A stretch of 64,000 nucleotides of DNA. Source: Thecamonas trahens ATCC 50062 (taxonomy: Eukaryota > Protista > Apusomonadida). The DNA is taken from assembly GCF_000142905.1 (NCBI RefSeq), contig NW_013657648.1:202922-266921 (forward strand), given 5' to 3'. The notes under the pieces are model-generated. The model was not told where the DNA came from. It was given only the letters and a program-made list of their open reading frames with translations, and searched no databases. Each line of letters opens with the position of its first letter. Within the stretch, counting starts at the first letter, position 1. Positions 32,403 through 45,200 of the stretch are shown one piece after another. The position numbers were made by a program, and so were the translations under genes.

Positions 32403-33619
32403 ATGGACGCCCGCCAGGCACTGCTTGAGGCCAAGGCCAAGTGGAGCCAGGTATGGCCGAAGACGGGGTGGAGGTGAGGGTGGGAAGGAGGGGGAAGGGG
32501 GGGAGGGGGGAGGGGAGGGGGGGGGAGGGGGGGGGGGACATTCGGGAGAGCCACACTCACTGCACACCGAGATGGGGGGAGGGGGGGGGGGGACTCGCGT
32601 ACGCAGCGGCTGCACAAGGCAGTGGAGGCGGATGCCTGGGGGCAGGTGGTGGAGGCCGCAGAGGGATATGCGGTGTAGGTGGCCAGGTGGCTGGGAGATG
32701 CAGGGGTGGCTGGACAGGGAGGTGCTCGTGTGGGCGAGAGGGCGGCATGGGAAAGGACTTATGGCTGTGGTGTTTGGAGTGGAAACAGGGCCGGAAAGCG
32801 GATTGTGCGGATGCAGGATGCGGCATGCGTGGATGTGCTATCGCGGGCAGTGCTGGGCAAGATCTATCTGTGCGTGCAGATGCGGATCAAGGCGCTGGGC
32901 ACGGATCCGACGGACGCTGGCGGCAGCGGCGGCGGCGGCGAAGCGAGCATCGAGGGAGAGTTCCCGCTGGCAGAGATGCAGGTGCTTGACGTGTATGTCA
33001 GCGGGCTTTTTGCAAACGGGCCAATCCGGCCTGGCGACGACGGCTTTCCGGTCGACATTGCGGCATATGAGGCTCAGCGGGTGGCAGCCGACGGCTCACG
33101 GGTGGCGTCGCGGCCGGTGAAGCGAGCCGAGGCGCCGGCTGGTGGCTTCTTGCTTCCCCCACCGGCGCCGTTTCCGGGCGGAGGAACGCAGGTCTCGATT
33201 TACCTGGACCGCATCGGCTTTGCGGACGCCGAGTCCTACCTCGAGCCGCGGATCACCATCACCGTGGTCGACGGACGCGGCAAGCTCCTCGAATCTGCGC
33301 AGGAGACGCCTGTAGCGGTCCGAAAGGATGCCAGCTACGTGTACTTTGGCGCACGCGTTGAAATCCAGAGCAACATCGAGACGCTGCCGCGTGACGCGGC
33401 TATCTTTTTGAGTTTAAGCACTACAAGCCCAAGAAGGCCAAGCTCTCGACGCGCGCGTTCTGTCTGCTCGAGCCCGACGAGCTTGGCGCTGACGGCGAGG
33501 AGCTCCTGCTGGAGATCTATAAGAAGCCCGCAGACTTTAAGCGAAAGAAGAAGCTGAAGCTCTTCTCGGACGCGCCACTGTTTCTCCATGTGCGACTGAC
33601 GCAACGTAGGGACAGCTGA
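32403..33619 (+). CDS. AIDA: AIDA (axin interactor, dorsalization-associated) homolog; multi-exon, apparent frameshift at TTTTT 33405-33409
   Basis: Exon 1 MDARQALLEAKAKWSQ|GTATGG; exon RLHKAVEADAWGQVVEAAEGY; LGKIYLCVQMRIKAL; Aida C2 domain IDRIG-like YLDRIGFADAESYLEPRITITV, and after adding one T AIFFEFKHYKPKK...EIYKKPADFKRKK. Confidence 0.88.
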
Positions 33620-33662
33620 GAGCGCAGCGCGACGCCAGCAAAGGAATGAACGCGTGGACAAC

Positions 33663-35039
33663 TCATCCGCCTGAACGGACCTCGGCAATCTTGGACTGGA
33701 CTCGCGCCCGCTCGTCAGGCGTGGAGGCGGCCTCGAGCTTGCGGCCGAGCGACTCGAGCAGGTCGAGCGACTTTTTGTACTCTTGCGCCTTGCCGTAGTC
33801 CTGCCGGTCCGACGCTTGGGTCATGGCCTTACGGAGCTTGTTACACGCCTTGCGAATAAAGGCGAGATCTTCGGCAATGGCCGGGTCCACGTTGCCGCGC
33901 GACGGCGGCGCACGGCCGGNNNNNNNNNNNNNNNNNNNNNNNNNNNNNNNNNNNNNNNNNNNNNNNNNNNNNNNNNNNNNNNNNNNNNNNNNNNNNNNNN
34001 NNNNNNNNNNNNNNNNNNNNNNNNNNNNNNNNNNNNNNNNNNNNNNNNNNNNNNNNNNNNNNNNNNNNNNNNNNNNNNNNNNNNNNNNNNNNNNNNNNNN
34101 NNNNNNNNNNNNNNNNNNNNNNNNNNNNNNNNNNNNNNNNNNNNNNNNNNNNNNNNNNNNNNNNNNNNNNNNNNNNNNNNNNNNNNNNNNNNNNNNNNNN
34201 NNNNNNNNNNNNNNNNNNNNNNNNNNNNNNNNNNNNNNNNNNNNNNNNNNNNNNNNNNNNNNNNNNNNNNNNNNNNNNNNNNNNNNNNNNNNNNNNNNNN
34301 NNNNNNNNNNNNNNNNNNNNNNNNNNNNNNNNNNNNNNNNNNNNNNNNNNNNNNNNNNNNNNNNNNNNNNNNNNNNNNNNNNNNNNNNNNNNNNNNNNNN
34401 NNNNNNNNNNNNNNNNNNNNNNNNNNNNNNNNNNNNNNNNNNNNNNNNNNNNNNNNNNNNNNNNNNNNNNNNNNNNNNNNNNNNNNNNNNNNNNNNNNNN
34501 NNNNNNNNNNNNNNNNNNNNNNNNNNNNNNNNNNNNNNNNNNNNNNNNNNNNNNNNNNNNNNNNNNNNNNNNNNNNNNNNNNNNNNNNNNNNNNNNNNNN
34601 NNNNNNNNNNNNNNNNNNNNNNNNNNNNNNNNNNNNNNNNNNNNNNNNNNNNNNNNNNNNNNNNNNNNNNNNNNNNNNNNNNNNNNNNNNNNNNNNNNNN
34701 NNNNNCGGTGGCGGCGGCCCACTGCGTCCACCACGCGACGGAGGAGGTGGAGGCCCACTGCGTCCACCACGCGACGGAGGAGGAGGTGGCGGCCCACCGC
34801 TGCCACCTCGTCCGGGCGGCGGCGGTGGAGGCGCCCCGCCGCCACTGCGACCTGGTGGGGGAGGCAGACCCCCACCTCGACCTCGACCTCGACCTCGACC
34901 CGGAGGTCCCCCTCGACTGGGAGGACCACCACGACCACGACCACCGCCACCACCACCACGGGTCGAGCGCAGCTGAGGGAAGCCACCAGCAAAGATACCA
35001 CCAGGAGCCGGACCACCACCACCACCACCACCACCACCA

Positions 35040-35083
<44 letters not shown>

Positions 35084-35568
35084 AACTACGCCACCACCAA
35101 CTACGTTTGGAAGAGAGAGTGTGTGGGTGTGTGTGTGTGTGAGTTCACAGAAGGGAGAAGAAGGGGAGGGGGGGGAGGGGGGGGGAGGGGGGCGAGGGGG
35201 CGAAGGGGGGCAGAAGGGGGGCGAGGGAGAGAGAGATAGAGAAAGAGTGAGAGAGAGGCAAGGAGGAAGGAAGGGGAGGAAGTAGAAGGGAGACTAAATG
35301 GGGGCCTGTGCTTGGCTATGGCCATGACCATGGGGGAGCAATGCAGGTGGCCATGGCTGTTTTTTTGGCGAATGACCGAATGGGCGAGGGTGTCGACCGA
35401 GCAGAGTGACAGAGGCCACACACGCCCATAGCCACCTCCCCCTACCCCCTACCCCTCCCCCCTTGACACACTTGAGCTAAACATACCCTTGGGTGCGGAT
35501 CTGTCATTCGTCTCTGCTTTCTTCAGCTTCTTGCCCTTTTGAATGGCAGAGAGCAACGAGCCGTTCAT
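33663..35568 (-). CDS. WIP/verprolin-like actin regulator (WH2 + Gly/Pro/Arg-rich), interrupted by an assembly gap; exon 1 35568-35487, exon 2 from 35100
   Basis: Exon 1 MNGSLLSAIQKGKKLKKAETNDRSAPK (WH2) with GTATGT donor; then poly-Gly, GGIFAGGFPQLRSTR (WIP second motif), PPPPSRGG repeats; beyond the gap the same PPSRG style leads into a helical C-terminus ending 33663. Confidence 0.8.
33920..34705. other. Assembly gap inside the WIP-like gene
   Basis: N run. Confidence 1.
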
Positions 35569-35994
35569 CCTGCTCGCTCCGGCCGACTGCGATCGTCCAG
35601 CCGTGCGTCAGAGAGCGGTGGCGATGGCTGTGCGCCTGGCGACCGCTGATGCTTGTGGTACTCGGAGATGCGGTTGCGCATGACTTTGCTGTCGTTGACT
35701 CGCCTGCTTTCCACCATAGTAGCTCTGCTGCACACTGAGCTATTCATACATCGCTATGGTCGGTGAAAGCATGCGCTTGCTTGTTCATTGGATCGATCGG
35801 CTGTTGCGCAGGCGAGTCAGGGGCGCCGTCAGGGACCGAGCCTGGCCGCAAGCCATCACATCACACGTGCCGCCACAGGCGGCGGCGTGGAGCAGTGGTG
35901 GCGATGGTAGATCGAGCGATGTGCGCATCGGCTGCGGGCGATGGCTTTGCGCGTCAGCAGCCGCTTTTCTCACGCCAAGGCTGGCCAGCGCCAG

Positions 35995-37242
35995 CTACAC
36001 GTCCGAGTCTCTTGATGACGACGAGCTGCCGTCAAGACCTGGAATGAGGTGGCCGACGGTTGATCTGAACGTGTCGACGACATCGTCGACAATGGGGAGT
36101 TCCTTGAGAGTATCAATAAGGCCGGCCACACCAGAGGTTGCCTTGGATATGCGATCAAAGACCTTGAGACCTTCTTCATGGGCGTCGTCGTCGGTGATGC
36201 CCGGTCCTCCGCCGCCAAACATGCCAAAGCAACCGCCGCCACCACCATTCGGCGGCTCGGCGTTGTCATCGTCGCGCTCGGGATTGGCGCCCGCCTCGCC
36301 ACCGAGCTCGTCGTCAACCTGGATTGCGGCCAGATCGCCCTCGCCACCGTTTTCGGGCGACTTGCCTGTGAGCGCGATGCACATGGCCTCGCGCTTGACA
36401 GCTGGCCAGTGCTGGTGGGTGATGTTCTCAAAGCCGCGGCGGATGGAGCGCGGGAGAAAGGCCTTGATCTTGGTGCAGACCAAGTACCGCACAAACTCGA
36501 TGCACTTGGCTAGGACAGCCTTGAAGCCGCCCTGGATAAAGGCGACCGCCCGCTGGAGGGCGGTCGAGACAAACGAGGTGAACCGGTCCTTGAGCGAGGT
36601 GATCGACGACCAAATCCGCTTGAGCATGTCGCCGACGTTGGCAAACTCGGCCAGCCGCGCCATCAGCTCATTTTTCTTGGCCACAGCCTCGGCCATCTTT
36701 GCCTTGGCCCGCTCCGCCATGTCGCGCAGGCCCGACATCTTGCTCTCCAGCTCGGCCCTGACCTTGGCCACAGCCGCCCGAATCCGCTCCTCCACCTCGT
36801 CCGCCCCGGCCTCGGCGTGATCTACTCCCCCTCCCCGTCCGCCGCCTCTCGTCAGTCAAACATCTTTCTCAGCTTTGTCCAGCTCCACCACGCTCCACGC
36901 CCTACCGTGCATCTTCACGCCTGACTGCACCACACCACGCCTGTCCGCGCCAAGTCACGCCACCTCCTGCACACCGCACACACAGAGAGAAAAGAGATAG
37001 AGAGTGGCAACACAGCTATGGCCACCATCACTACCGCAGCCAACACTTCCCCTACCCTTTCCCCACAACACACACCCCGCTCCACCCCTCCCCCTCCCCC
37101 CCGCTTCCCCGCTCCCGCCTCCGCTCCCCACTCTCCTCCCCCCCCTTCTTCCCACGGCCACCCCACCCAACCTACGCATCATGTCATCGAACCCGACACT
37201 TCCGTCGCCATCCGCATCAGCAAGACCCTTGAGAAAATCCAT
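35995..37242 (-). CDS. Uncharacterised helical protein with N-terminal EF-hand-like loop; exons 37242-37176, 36920-36906, 36821-35995
   Basis: DADGDGSVGFDD loop; two phase-1 GT-AG introns join in frame to ORF 35995-36795 (coiled-coil and amphipathic helices). Confidence 0.65.
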
Positions 37243-37728
37243 ATCTTTGTTCTTATCAACCTCGTCGAGAGCTGTCTACCCATACCCTTTCCCTTTCCCC
37301 CCCCCCCCTTCTCCTCGTGCCCATGCCCACCTCGCCCAACCTGATCGATCACCGCGTGGGTCTCGGGAGCAGCCCTCCCCACCTCCCCCACCCCCTGGTC
37401 AGTCCAGCCTGACCGATCTGGCCATATCGCCATGGACAAAGTCCAGTATGGTGGACCAACAGAAAATATTATATTAACCATCACATGGCATGGTACGCAT
37501 GCCGATAGCTGCTGTCATCACCCTGTCTGCGCCTTGCTTGGCTGCGGCAGGCCACCCCCCTTCCCTCAACCCCCCCCCCCACCACCACCACTCGCAGCTG
37601 ACCCCCAGCACCAGCACCAGCAAGCCAACAACAGTTCGCACCCACTCGCACTCCCACTACTCTATCTCTCCCTCTATCCCTCTCCACACACACACACGCA
37701 GTACAGTTTACACACGCTTGTAATTGCC

Positions 37729-38268
37729 ATGGCCAGACGGAAGCGGACAGCAAGGAGCAAGACGGGCAAGGCCGGAGGCAAGAAGGCGAGCGGACCGGCC
37801 GGAGGAGAGACAGGCGCCACTGGACAACCGCAGCCTGCCGGATCGACGCCGCAGGCACCGCGGGCGGGAGGCAGCCGCAAGCCACCGCCGATGACTTGGA
37901 CCGAGACGATGTACGCCGCCATCGGCGCAGCCGTCGTCCTCCTCCCACTCATCACCCTTGTGGCTGCTCTCGGCATCGGCATCCTGGTCCGCGACGGCTA
38001 CGCCACCTCGGTCCTCATTGCCGCGTTTGCCGGCTCGATGGGTCTCTTTATCGGCACCATTCTGCAGTGGAACAAGAACACAGGCGTCGGTACGGCAGGC
38101 GCCTGGGTCGTCATCCCCATCGCCGCCATGCTCTCGCTTCTCGTCTACTCGCATGCCATCTACCAGGATCTCGAACACTCCACCGCCCACTCCCTCGCCC
38201 TCTACAGCTCGGTTGCCTCGGTCGTCGCCGGCCTCATCGGAGGCATCTTTATCGCGCCCATGGCCTAA
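37729..38268 (+). CDS. Small four-TM membrane protein of unknown function
   Basis: Basic N-terminus followed by four hydrophobic segments; codon usage like neighbouring genes. Confidence 0.7.
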   Translation: MARRKRTARSKTGKAGGKKASGPAGGETGATGQPQPAGSTPQAPRAGGSRKPPPMTWTETMYAAIGAAVVLLPLITLVAALGIGILVRDGYATSVLIAAFAGSMGLFIGTILQWNKNTGVGTAGAWVVIPIAAMLSLLVYSHAIYQDLEHSTAHSLALYSSVASVVAGLIGGIFIAPMA

Positions 38269-38446
38269 ACGAATGCCGGACGCAAGGGGGGGAGAGAAGG
38301 GGGCAGCAGTTCCATCTCGCAAGCCCTCGCTCTTCCTCACCTCATCTTGCCACACATCAAAGCTACATAGATGATGGTCAACTCCGCGATCGGCAAACCC
38401 CCTCCCGCGCTACCCCCCACTACCCTGCTGCCGCCGCCGCCCAATA

Positions 38447-38793
38447 NNNNNNNNNNNNNNNNNNNNNNNNNNNNNNNNNNNNNNNNNNNNNNNNNNNNNN
38501 NNNNNNNNNNNNNNNNNNNNNNNNNNNNNNNNNNNNNNNNNNNNNNNNNNNNNNNNNNNNNNNNNNNNNNNNNNNNNNNNNNNNNNNNNNNNNNNNNNNN
38601 NNNNNNNNNNNNNNNNNNNNNNNNNNNNNNNNNNNNNNNNNNNNNNNNNNNNNNNNNNNNNNNNNNNNNNNNNNNNNNNNNNNNNNNNNNNNNNNNNNNN
38701 NNNNNNNNNNNNNNNNNNNNNNNNNNNNNNNNNNNNNNNNNNNNNNNNNNNNNNNNNNNNNNNNNNNNNNNNNNNNNNNNNNNNNNNNNNNNN
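38447..38793. other. Assembly gap
   Basis: N run. Confidence 1.
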
Positions 38794-39246
38794 ACCCCCC
38801 CCCCCCCCCAACCCACCCCTCCCCCCAACCCCCCCCAACCACTTTCCCCACACCTCACCCCACGACAAGCATGTCAGAGTACGCTTCCCTTCTCACACAC
38901 AAGCCCTCCCCTTCCCCCTTCCCCGTCCATCCCCCCCACCCCCCGGCCCCCACCCCCGCCCCCTGTTCTTCCACCTTGGTGTGTGGCCCCGGGTCGAAGG
39001 GTGGTGACCTTCTTCCTTTGGCGGTGATCAGGACGGACGAGTGACCATGGTGGACATAGTGAGGAGCAGGAATAGGTTCTGCTGGGTAGAAGGAAGGAAG
39101 ACCAGGAAGCGTGTAGAGTTTAGCGGCTTGTGGATCAGGGGCGGTGTGTCCAAGGCGAGTAGCGGTGAGAGGACGGCGTAGCGGGCTGGAGAAGGTCGAC
39201 CCAGCCTGTGCCTGGCAATTTTTTCCTTTCCTCGGCGACTCACAGG

Positions 39247-42200
39247 ATGGAGGCATGGGCTGGCCTCAGGGAGGGTGATAGCTATGACAAGGAGGTTTAC
39301 GACTGGGTGCCGCGAGCGCTGGGCGGCGTGCCGGCGAGCGAACTCAGTGAGCCTCTACAGGAAGCACTGCGGCTTGTGGGCGCGGTGCTCGACGGCGGGC
39401 TCCCAAGCGCGGAACACAGGCATGTCGGGACGAGCGTGCTGCCGGCCATGGTCAAGGCGCTGCTGCGGCGTTGCGATGTGGGAGGCGAGGACGTGCCGCA
39501 GGTGACGATGCTGATGGAGGATGCGATGCAGGCTGTGCTCCGCTACTCGGACTCCGGGGTGTATGAGCTGTGGGGCGAAGTTCTCGCACCGATCTTTGCC
39601 GAGGACGCGCCGTTCTACACGCTTGTGGGCTACGAGCGGTCGGATATGACTGTGTACCAGCTGACCGACGATGAGGCTAAGGCTGCAGCGCAGATTGAGG
39701 AGCGCAAGGCCTCGCGCGATGCGCAGGGCAATGTGTACGCGTTTGTGCCTGCCGCTGCGTGGGAGGCGCCTGCCGGCCTCATTTCCGCACTCAACGTGTT
39801 TGGCAAGATGGGCGGGTTTGACGGTGTGGTGCGGCACGTGGCCGGCGACGCGCCGCTGGACGCGATGCGGCACATGCTCGGACCGATTGCCGCCGTCCAG
39901 GCGTACTTGCTTCCGGACTTTCTCGAGGACTGGGTCCCGCGGCTTGTGCCTGCGCTGCAGACCAAGTTGATGGAGCTGAGCTCGGACGAGCTCAAAGTTG
40001 CGGACGAGTCGTGCATCGATGACCTCAAGCAGTGCATCCAGAGCCTGTACCTGGCGCTGCCGTCACACGGCAACGCGTCAGGCGGTGGGCGCACTGGCGG
40101 CGCGCTCGTCTCGCCGGCCAACAAGGTGCTTGAGGCGTTTACGCTCGATTTTGGGCTCAAGTGCCTCAAAGCGCCGATCCTTAAGCTCAAGCTCAAGGGT
40201 CTGGCCGACATCCGCGAGCTTGTTCGTCTCGCGGCCCACAAGGCCGAGTACATTTCCCGGCTCCGCGACTTGTCGGGCCAGGCTGCAGCGTACCTTGCCA
40301 ACAACCGCGAGGCCATGATGGCGTCGGCACAGCTGATGTACGTCGCCACTTCGGTGGACGATCTCCTCGCCTGGCTTCTGCAGCATGACATTGTCGATTT
40401 GCTCTACGGCTCGCTGGCCCATATGGAGGTCATGCGGCGCGGCTTTGAGTTTGTCAAGTTTCTGGCGAGCCAGGGCGTGCTCACCAAGGCCCACATTGAC
40501 CTCATCTGGGAGGCCGGCCAGGGCAAGCACGAGGCTGTCCAGAACATTGTGCTCTCAGCCTTTACCGACCTGGCACCGTCGCTCTCGCTTGAGCTCCTTG
40601 GCTACGTCTACCACGCCAAGGTTGCCACCGTTCCGCACGCCTCGTTCTCCTCGCACCTTATCCAACTCGTCCGCGCGCTCACCATGCACGCGCTCCTCAC
40701 CTCGTCCGCGCTCAAGACTACCGCCGACGTCAAGGCCGCCACTGCCGCAAGCGCCGCCAAGGCCGCGCAACTCGCACGCGACGAGGCCGCCGCCACACGC
40801 GCTGCCGCCGACCTTGCTACCGATACCACCAACGACTCTGCCGCCAAGGATCCGGTAGAGGCCCGCACCGCCGAGGCCATGGCCGCGCTCGCCGCCCAGG
40901 ACGCTGAAGCGCCCACCGCCACTGCTGGCGTCACCGACATCCACACCGCTGCGGCTGCGTCGTCGGACATGGCGATCGAGGCTGCCGCCGCCGCTTCTTC
41001 CGCGGCTGCTGCCGCCAAGGCTGCGCAGGAGCTTGCTGCCGCTGTGCCGGACTCGGACTATGGACTTCCGCTGCTGTGGGAGCTCTTGCAGGACGAGGCA
41101 CATCTGCCCGAGTCGCTCGCCGTCCAGGCGTCGACGGTCCTCTACGAGCTACTGGGCTGGCAGTGCGGACACGTCGAGCGGGCCGAGTACATGGAGCGTT
41201 GCATTGCCAACCTCCGCGAGCACAAGTCCATTTGCGCCACGCTCCAGCTCCTCCGCAAGATTGTGTCGACCTACTCGAGCGGCGCCGGGCGCGGAGCCGT
41301 GGGTGGCGGCGAGCAAGTGCCGGACTCGATGGCCTCGGTCGTGGCTTGGCTTGCTGAGGAGCATGCACTGCTGGACGTCTTCTTTGCCGACCTCGTCCAC
41401 TACAAGGCCGCCGCATCTGCGGCGGCGGTGGCTGCGCGGGCGAGCGGCGCCGATGACGACGCCATCAACCGCAGCAAGCTTTTTGGCGCCCAGGGCCACA
41501 TTGTGAATATTCGCGAGCGGCTGCAGTTTCTCAATACGGTGCTGACCATGTCGGATGTGGGGCTCAACCACGAGCAGGTCGACGCGCTGTGGGAAAGCCT
41601 GGTTGTCTCGCCGACAACCGTGCTCGAGCAGGAAGAGGCCTTCCGGTGGCTGGAGAACACGTGCGCGGTGCCCGAGTCGTTTTCGTACGAGCTGGTGCGT
41701 TACATTTTCGACGTCAAGGCGCGCGACCTCTCATTTGTCTCGATCACGCTCCAGGGCTACCGGTTCTACGAGTACTTTTTCCGCTACATCAACTGGAAGG
41801 AGAAGCGGTTTGAGCAGTCGGGCACCACACATTTTTCCGTCCTCTCGCTTCAGCTCATCGGCATCGATGGCCTGTGGCGGCTGGCGTGGGAGGCGCGCGA
41901 CGCCGAAGTCGGCGACGCTGCCTACAACATTCTCATCCGCCTCTACCAGGGCCTCGTTCCGTCGCTCCGGACCCACACCCAAGCCAAGCGTGAGGAGCTC
42001 ATCGAGCGCTGCATCGCTGCACTCTCGGCCGGCGCCGCCGTCCTCCTCGATGGAGACCGAGACGCCGACGCCGATGCCGACGCAACGCTCGCCGCCCAGC
42101 TGCGCATCTCGCGAGCGCTTGGCCTGCTCAAGCTCTACCTCGACGAGTTTGCTAGCATCAAGGGTGGTCCGTCGCCGCACGGCTCGCTTGATCGCTCGGC

Positions 42201-45200
42201 GCCGCTGGTGCTGTACGTCGATGTCGAGAGCGCGCGGCAAGCCGAGGCATCGGAAGGCGCGACGCTTGCGCCTACCGTCCTCGCCCGCCACAAGATCCTG
42301 GTCTCGCTCGACGACACGCTCGGTGACCTGCGGTGGCGGGTCGGCAAGCTCTTCTCGCCGACTGAGCCGCCGTACCTGGTTCAGCTCGCGCTCGACGGCG
42401 AGCTCTTCCCCGAGTCTGCCGATGGGCAGACGCTGCAGGCGCTGCGGCTTGGCCCGAGACCACGGTCACCGCCTTTAAGTACCGGTCGAGCGAGTTTGAC
42501 ATGGACTCGCTGGCAGACTCGGCCGAATTGCAGCAGGCCATTCTCGGCGAGTTCCCGGCGAGCATTCTGGCGCGCGAGCAGTACTTTGCGCAGCTCTTTG
42601 ACCTCCTCCGCCTCCCATCGACGTACGCGCGGCAGGTGTGGGACTTGCTCATGCAGCTTCCGACCAACGCGAGCCTTCTCAACGCACTCCTCACCTTTAC
42701 CACTGCTGACGATCCGATCGCCATGCTTGGCAACTTGCTCGACTCGAGCTCGACGTTCCAGCTGTACTACACGCTGCAGATTGTCGAGACGCTGCTGTAT
42801 GATGTTGCCGCTGCCGCTGCGGTCAGGGAGCAAGCTGCGGCACGGGAGGCCGCCGACGGCGTCGACGCGACCGCCGACACGGCTGCCACTGAGCACTCGG
42901 AGGTTACTGTGGCCGGTTCTGCTGGCGGCTCGCGTCCGCCGACGGCGTCGCTGTCGGTCGCTCAGCTGGCCGCCCGTGGGCAGGCTGCGGCGCAGTGGTG
43001 CGCTGAGTTTGTGGCCTGCGGCGGCGTCCACATTCTTGTCCGCGCTCTCCTCGAGAGTCCGCTGGTTGATCGTGCGTACTCGGGCGAGCGGCCAGGTGCA
43101 GCACAGCCGACGCTTGCGCTCCTGCTCAAGGTCGTCAACTACTTTGTTCTCGACCTCTCGCTCTACAACATGCATGTGGGCGATGTCGTTGGCACCTCGC
43201 TCGGCTCGGGAGCCAAGGAGCCGCTCCCGGACTGGGTCAACGTCGGCGAGCTGGTCGCCTTTCTCTGCAAGATCATGCACTCGGCAGCTGCGCCCGCAGC
43301 CGACTCGGGCCTGGAGCCGTCGGACAACGACGTGGACATTGTGACCGAGGCGACGTTGCTCGCGGTTGCGGTTGTCCTTGCCCAACCGGGCCAAGCGCTG
43401 CCGGCGTTCTACGCCTCGGCTGGCGTCCGGAGCTGGCTAGAGTGCCTCCTGCTAGCAACGCCATGTCGCCCGATCCGGGCCAAGGTGGCGTCGGGCGTGT
43501 TCCAGATTTGCTCGATGCTCACCTCGTTTGACGGCGGCGAGGCCGAGGCTGCGGCCGGGTGCGAACTTCCGCTGAGCGTCTTCCTCCCTGCCCTCATCGA
43601 CTTTCTGGCCACGCTTTCGGGTGCCGAGCATGCGCACTCGTCGGCGCAGCTCTTCAGTCTCTTCAACGACCTGCTGGCGCTTGGATGCGCCGGCGGGTGC
43701 GGGTACGACGCCTCGCAGTTTGAGGGCCTACTTGTGGAGCTGTGCGATGCCATCCGGTCGCGGCCGATGCTGGAGAAGCGTGGACGGCCCGAGTCGGACG
43801 ACACGCTCGGCGGGCTGTTGCGGCTGGCGTCGACGCTTGTGGGCGCGCGGAGCGAGTTTGCAGTGCTGGCGCGCGAGGCCGGTATGGTCACAGAAGTCTT
43901 CTGGCGAGTTCTCTTTGACATTCCAACGATGCACGATCACGGGCTGCTGGCGCCGCCCAAGGCCAAAACCGAGCTGACGCGGATTGCTGCGTTTATGTTC
44001 CTCACCCGACTGGCGGCCGGCTCGCCGGCGGTGTACTCGGGCTTGACGCAGATGCTGGCATCGGAGCTCGGTGAGCAGGCGGACCTGGCGTGGAACTGGA
44101 ACTTTGCGCCGGCGGCGTTTGAGAAGAGCCCGACCGGCTACGTCGGACTGGAGAACCTCGGTGCAACGTGCTACATGAACTCGCTCCTCCAGCAGCTGTA
44201 CCACATTCCACGAATCCGCAACGGGCTCCTTCCCCTGGCGCTGCCCGAGGCCGAGGCCGAGGCCGGCTCCGAGTCGATGCTCTACCAGCTGCAGGCGCTG
44301 TTCTCGTTCCTGCAAGAGTCTGAGCGCAAGTTCCTCAACACGCGCACGTTCTGCGACGCGTACCGCGACCCGTCGGGCCGGCCGATGGTGACGCACATCC
44401 AGATGGACGTCGACGAGTTTTACGTCTCGCTCGTCGATGTGCTCGAGTCCAAGCTCAAGGGCACGTGCGAGGAGCGGACGCTGCGGCAGACCTTTGGCGG
44501 TGTCATCTCGAACCAGATCATTTGCCGCGAGGCCAAGCACGTTTCGGAGCGACAGGAGGCGGCGTACACGCTCTCGCTCGGCATTCAGGGCAAGAAGGAC
44601 ATCCACGAGTCGCTGGACCTGTTCATCGAGGGCGACATGCTCGAGGGCGACAACAAGTACTTTTGCCAGGGCTGCAACAAAAGGTCGACGCGCTCAAGCG
44701 GTGCTGCATCGAAGCGCTGCCCAACACGCTCATGGTCCACCTCAAGCGGTTTGAGTTTGACTTTGAGCTCCTGCGGCGGATGAAGGTCAACTCGGTCTTT
44801 GAGTTCCCGCTCGACCTCAACCTCAAGGACTGGACCAAGGAGGGCATCGAGCTGCGCGAGGCACTGGAGAGCGCGCGCGAGGCCAACGAAGACCTCGACG
44901 CCATCCGTGCTTCGCTCGCGCACACGTTCCGGCCTGACGACTACTACCAGTACGAGCTCGCCGGCATCATCGTCCACATGGGCACCGCAGACTCGGGCCA
45001 CTACTACACCTTTGTCAAGGAGCGGACGGTCGACGGCGAGTGGTTCCGCTTCAACGACACCAACGTTGACCCGTTCAACCCGTCGGACATCCCAGTCGCT
45101 GCCTTTGGCGGCACCGAGTACACCACCTCGTGGGACCCGAACCTCCGCAAGAACGTCCCTCACGTCACTCAAAAGTCGTACTCGGCGTACATGCTCCTTT

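Noticed and set aside
31139-32617. Long antisense ORFs (here, and e.g. 9361-11097, 7288-8907, 27845-29437, 44585-46048)
   Set aside because: Shadow ORFs of GC-rich genes on the opposite strand, with no recognisable motifs.
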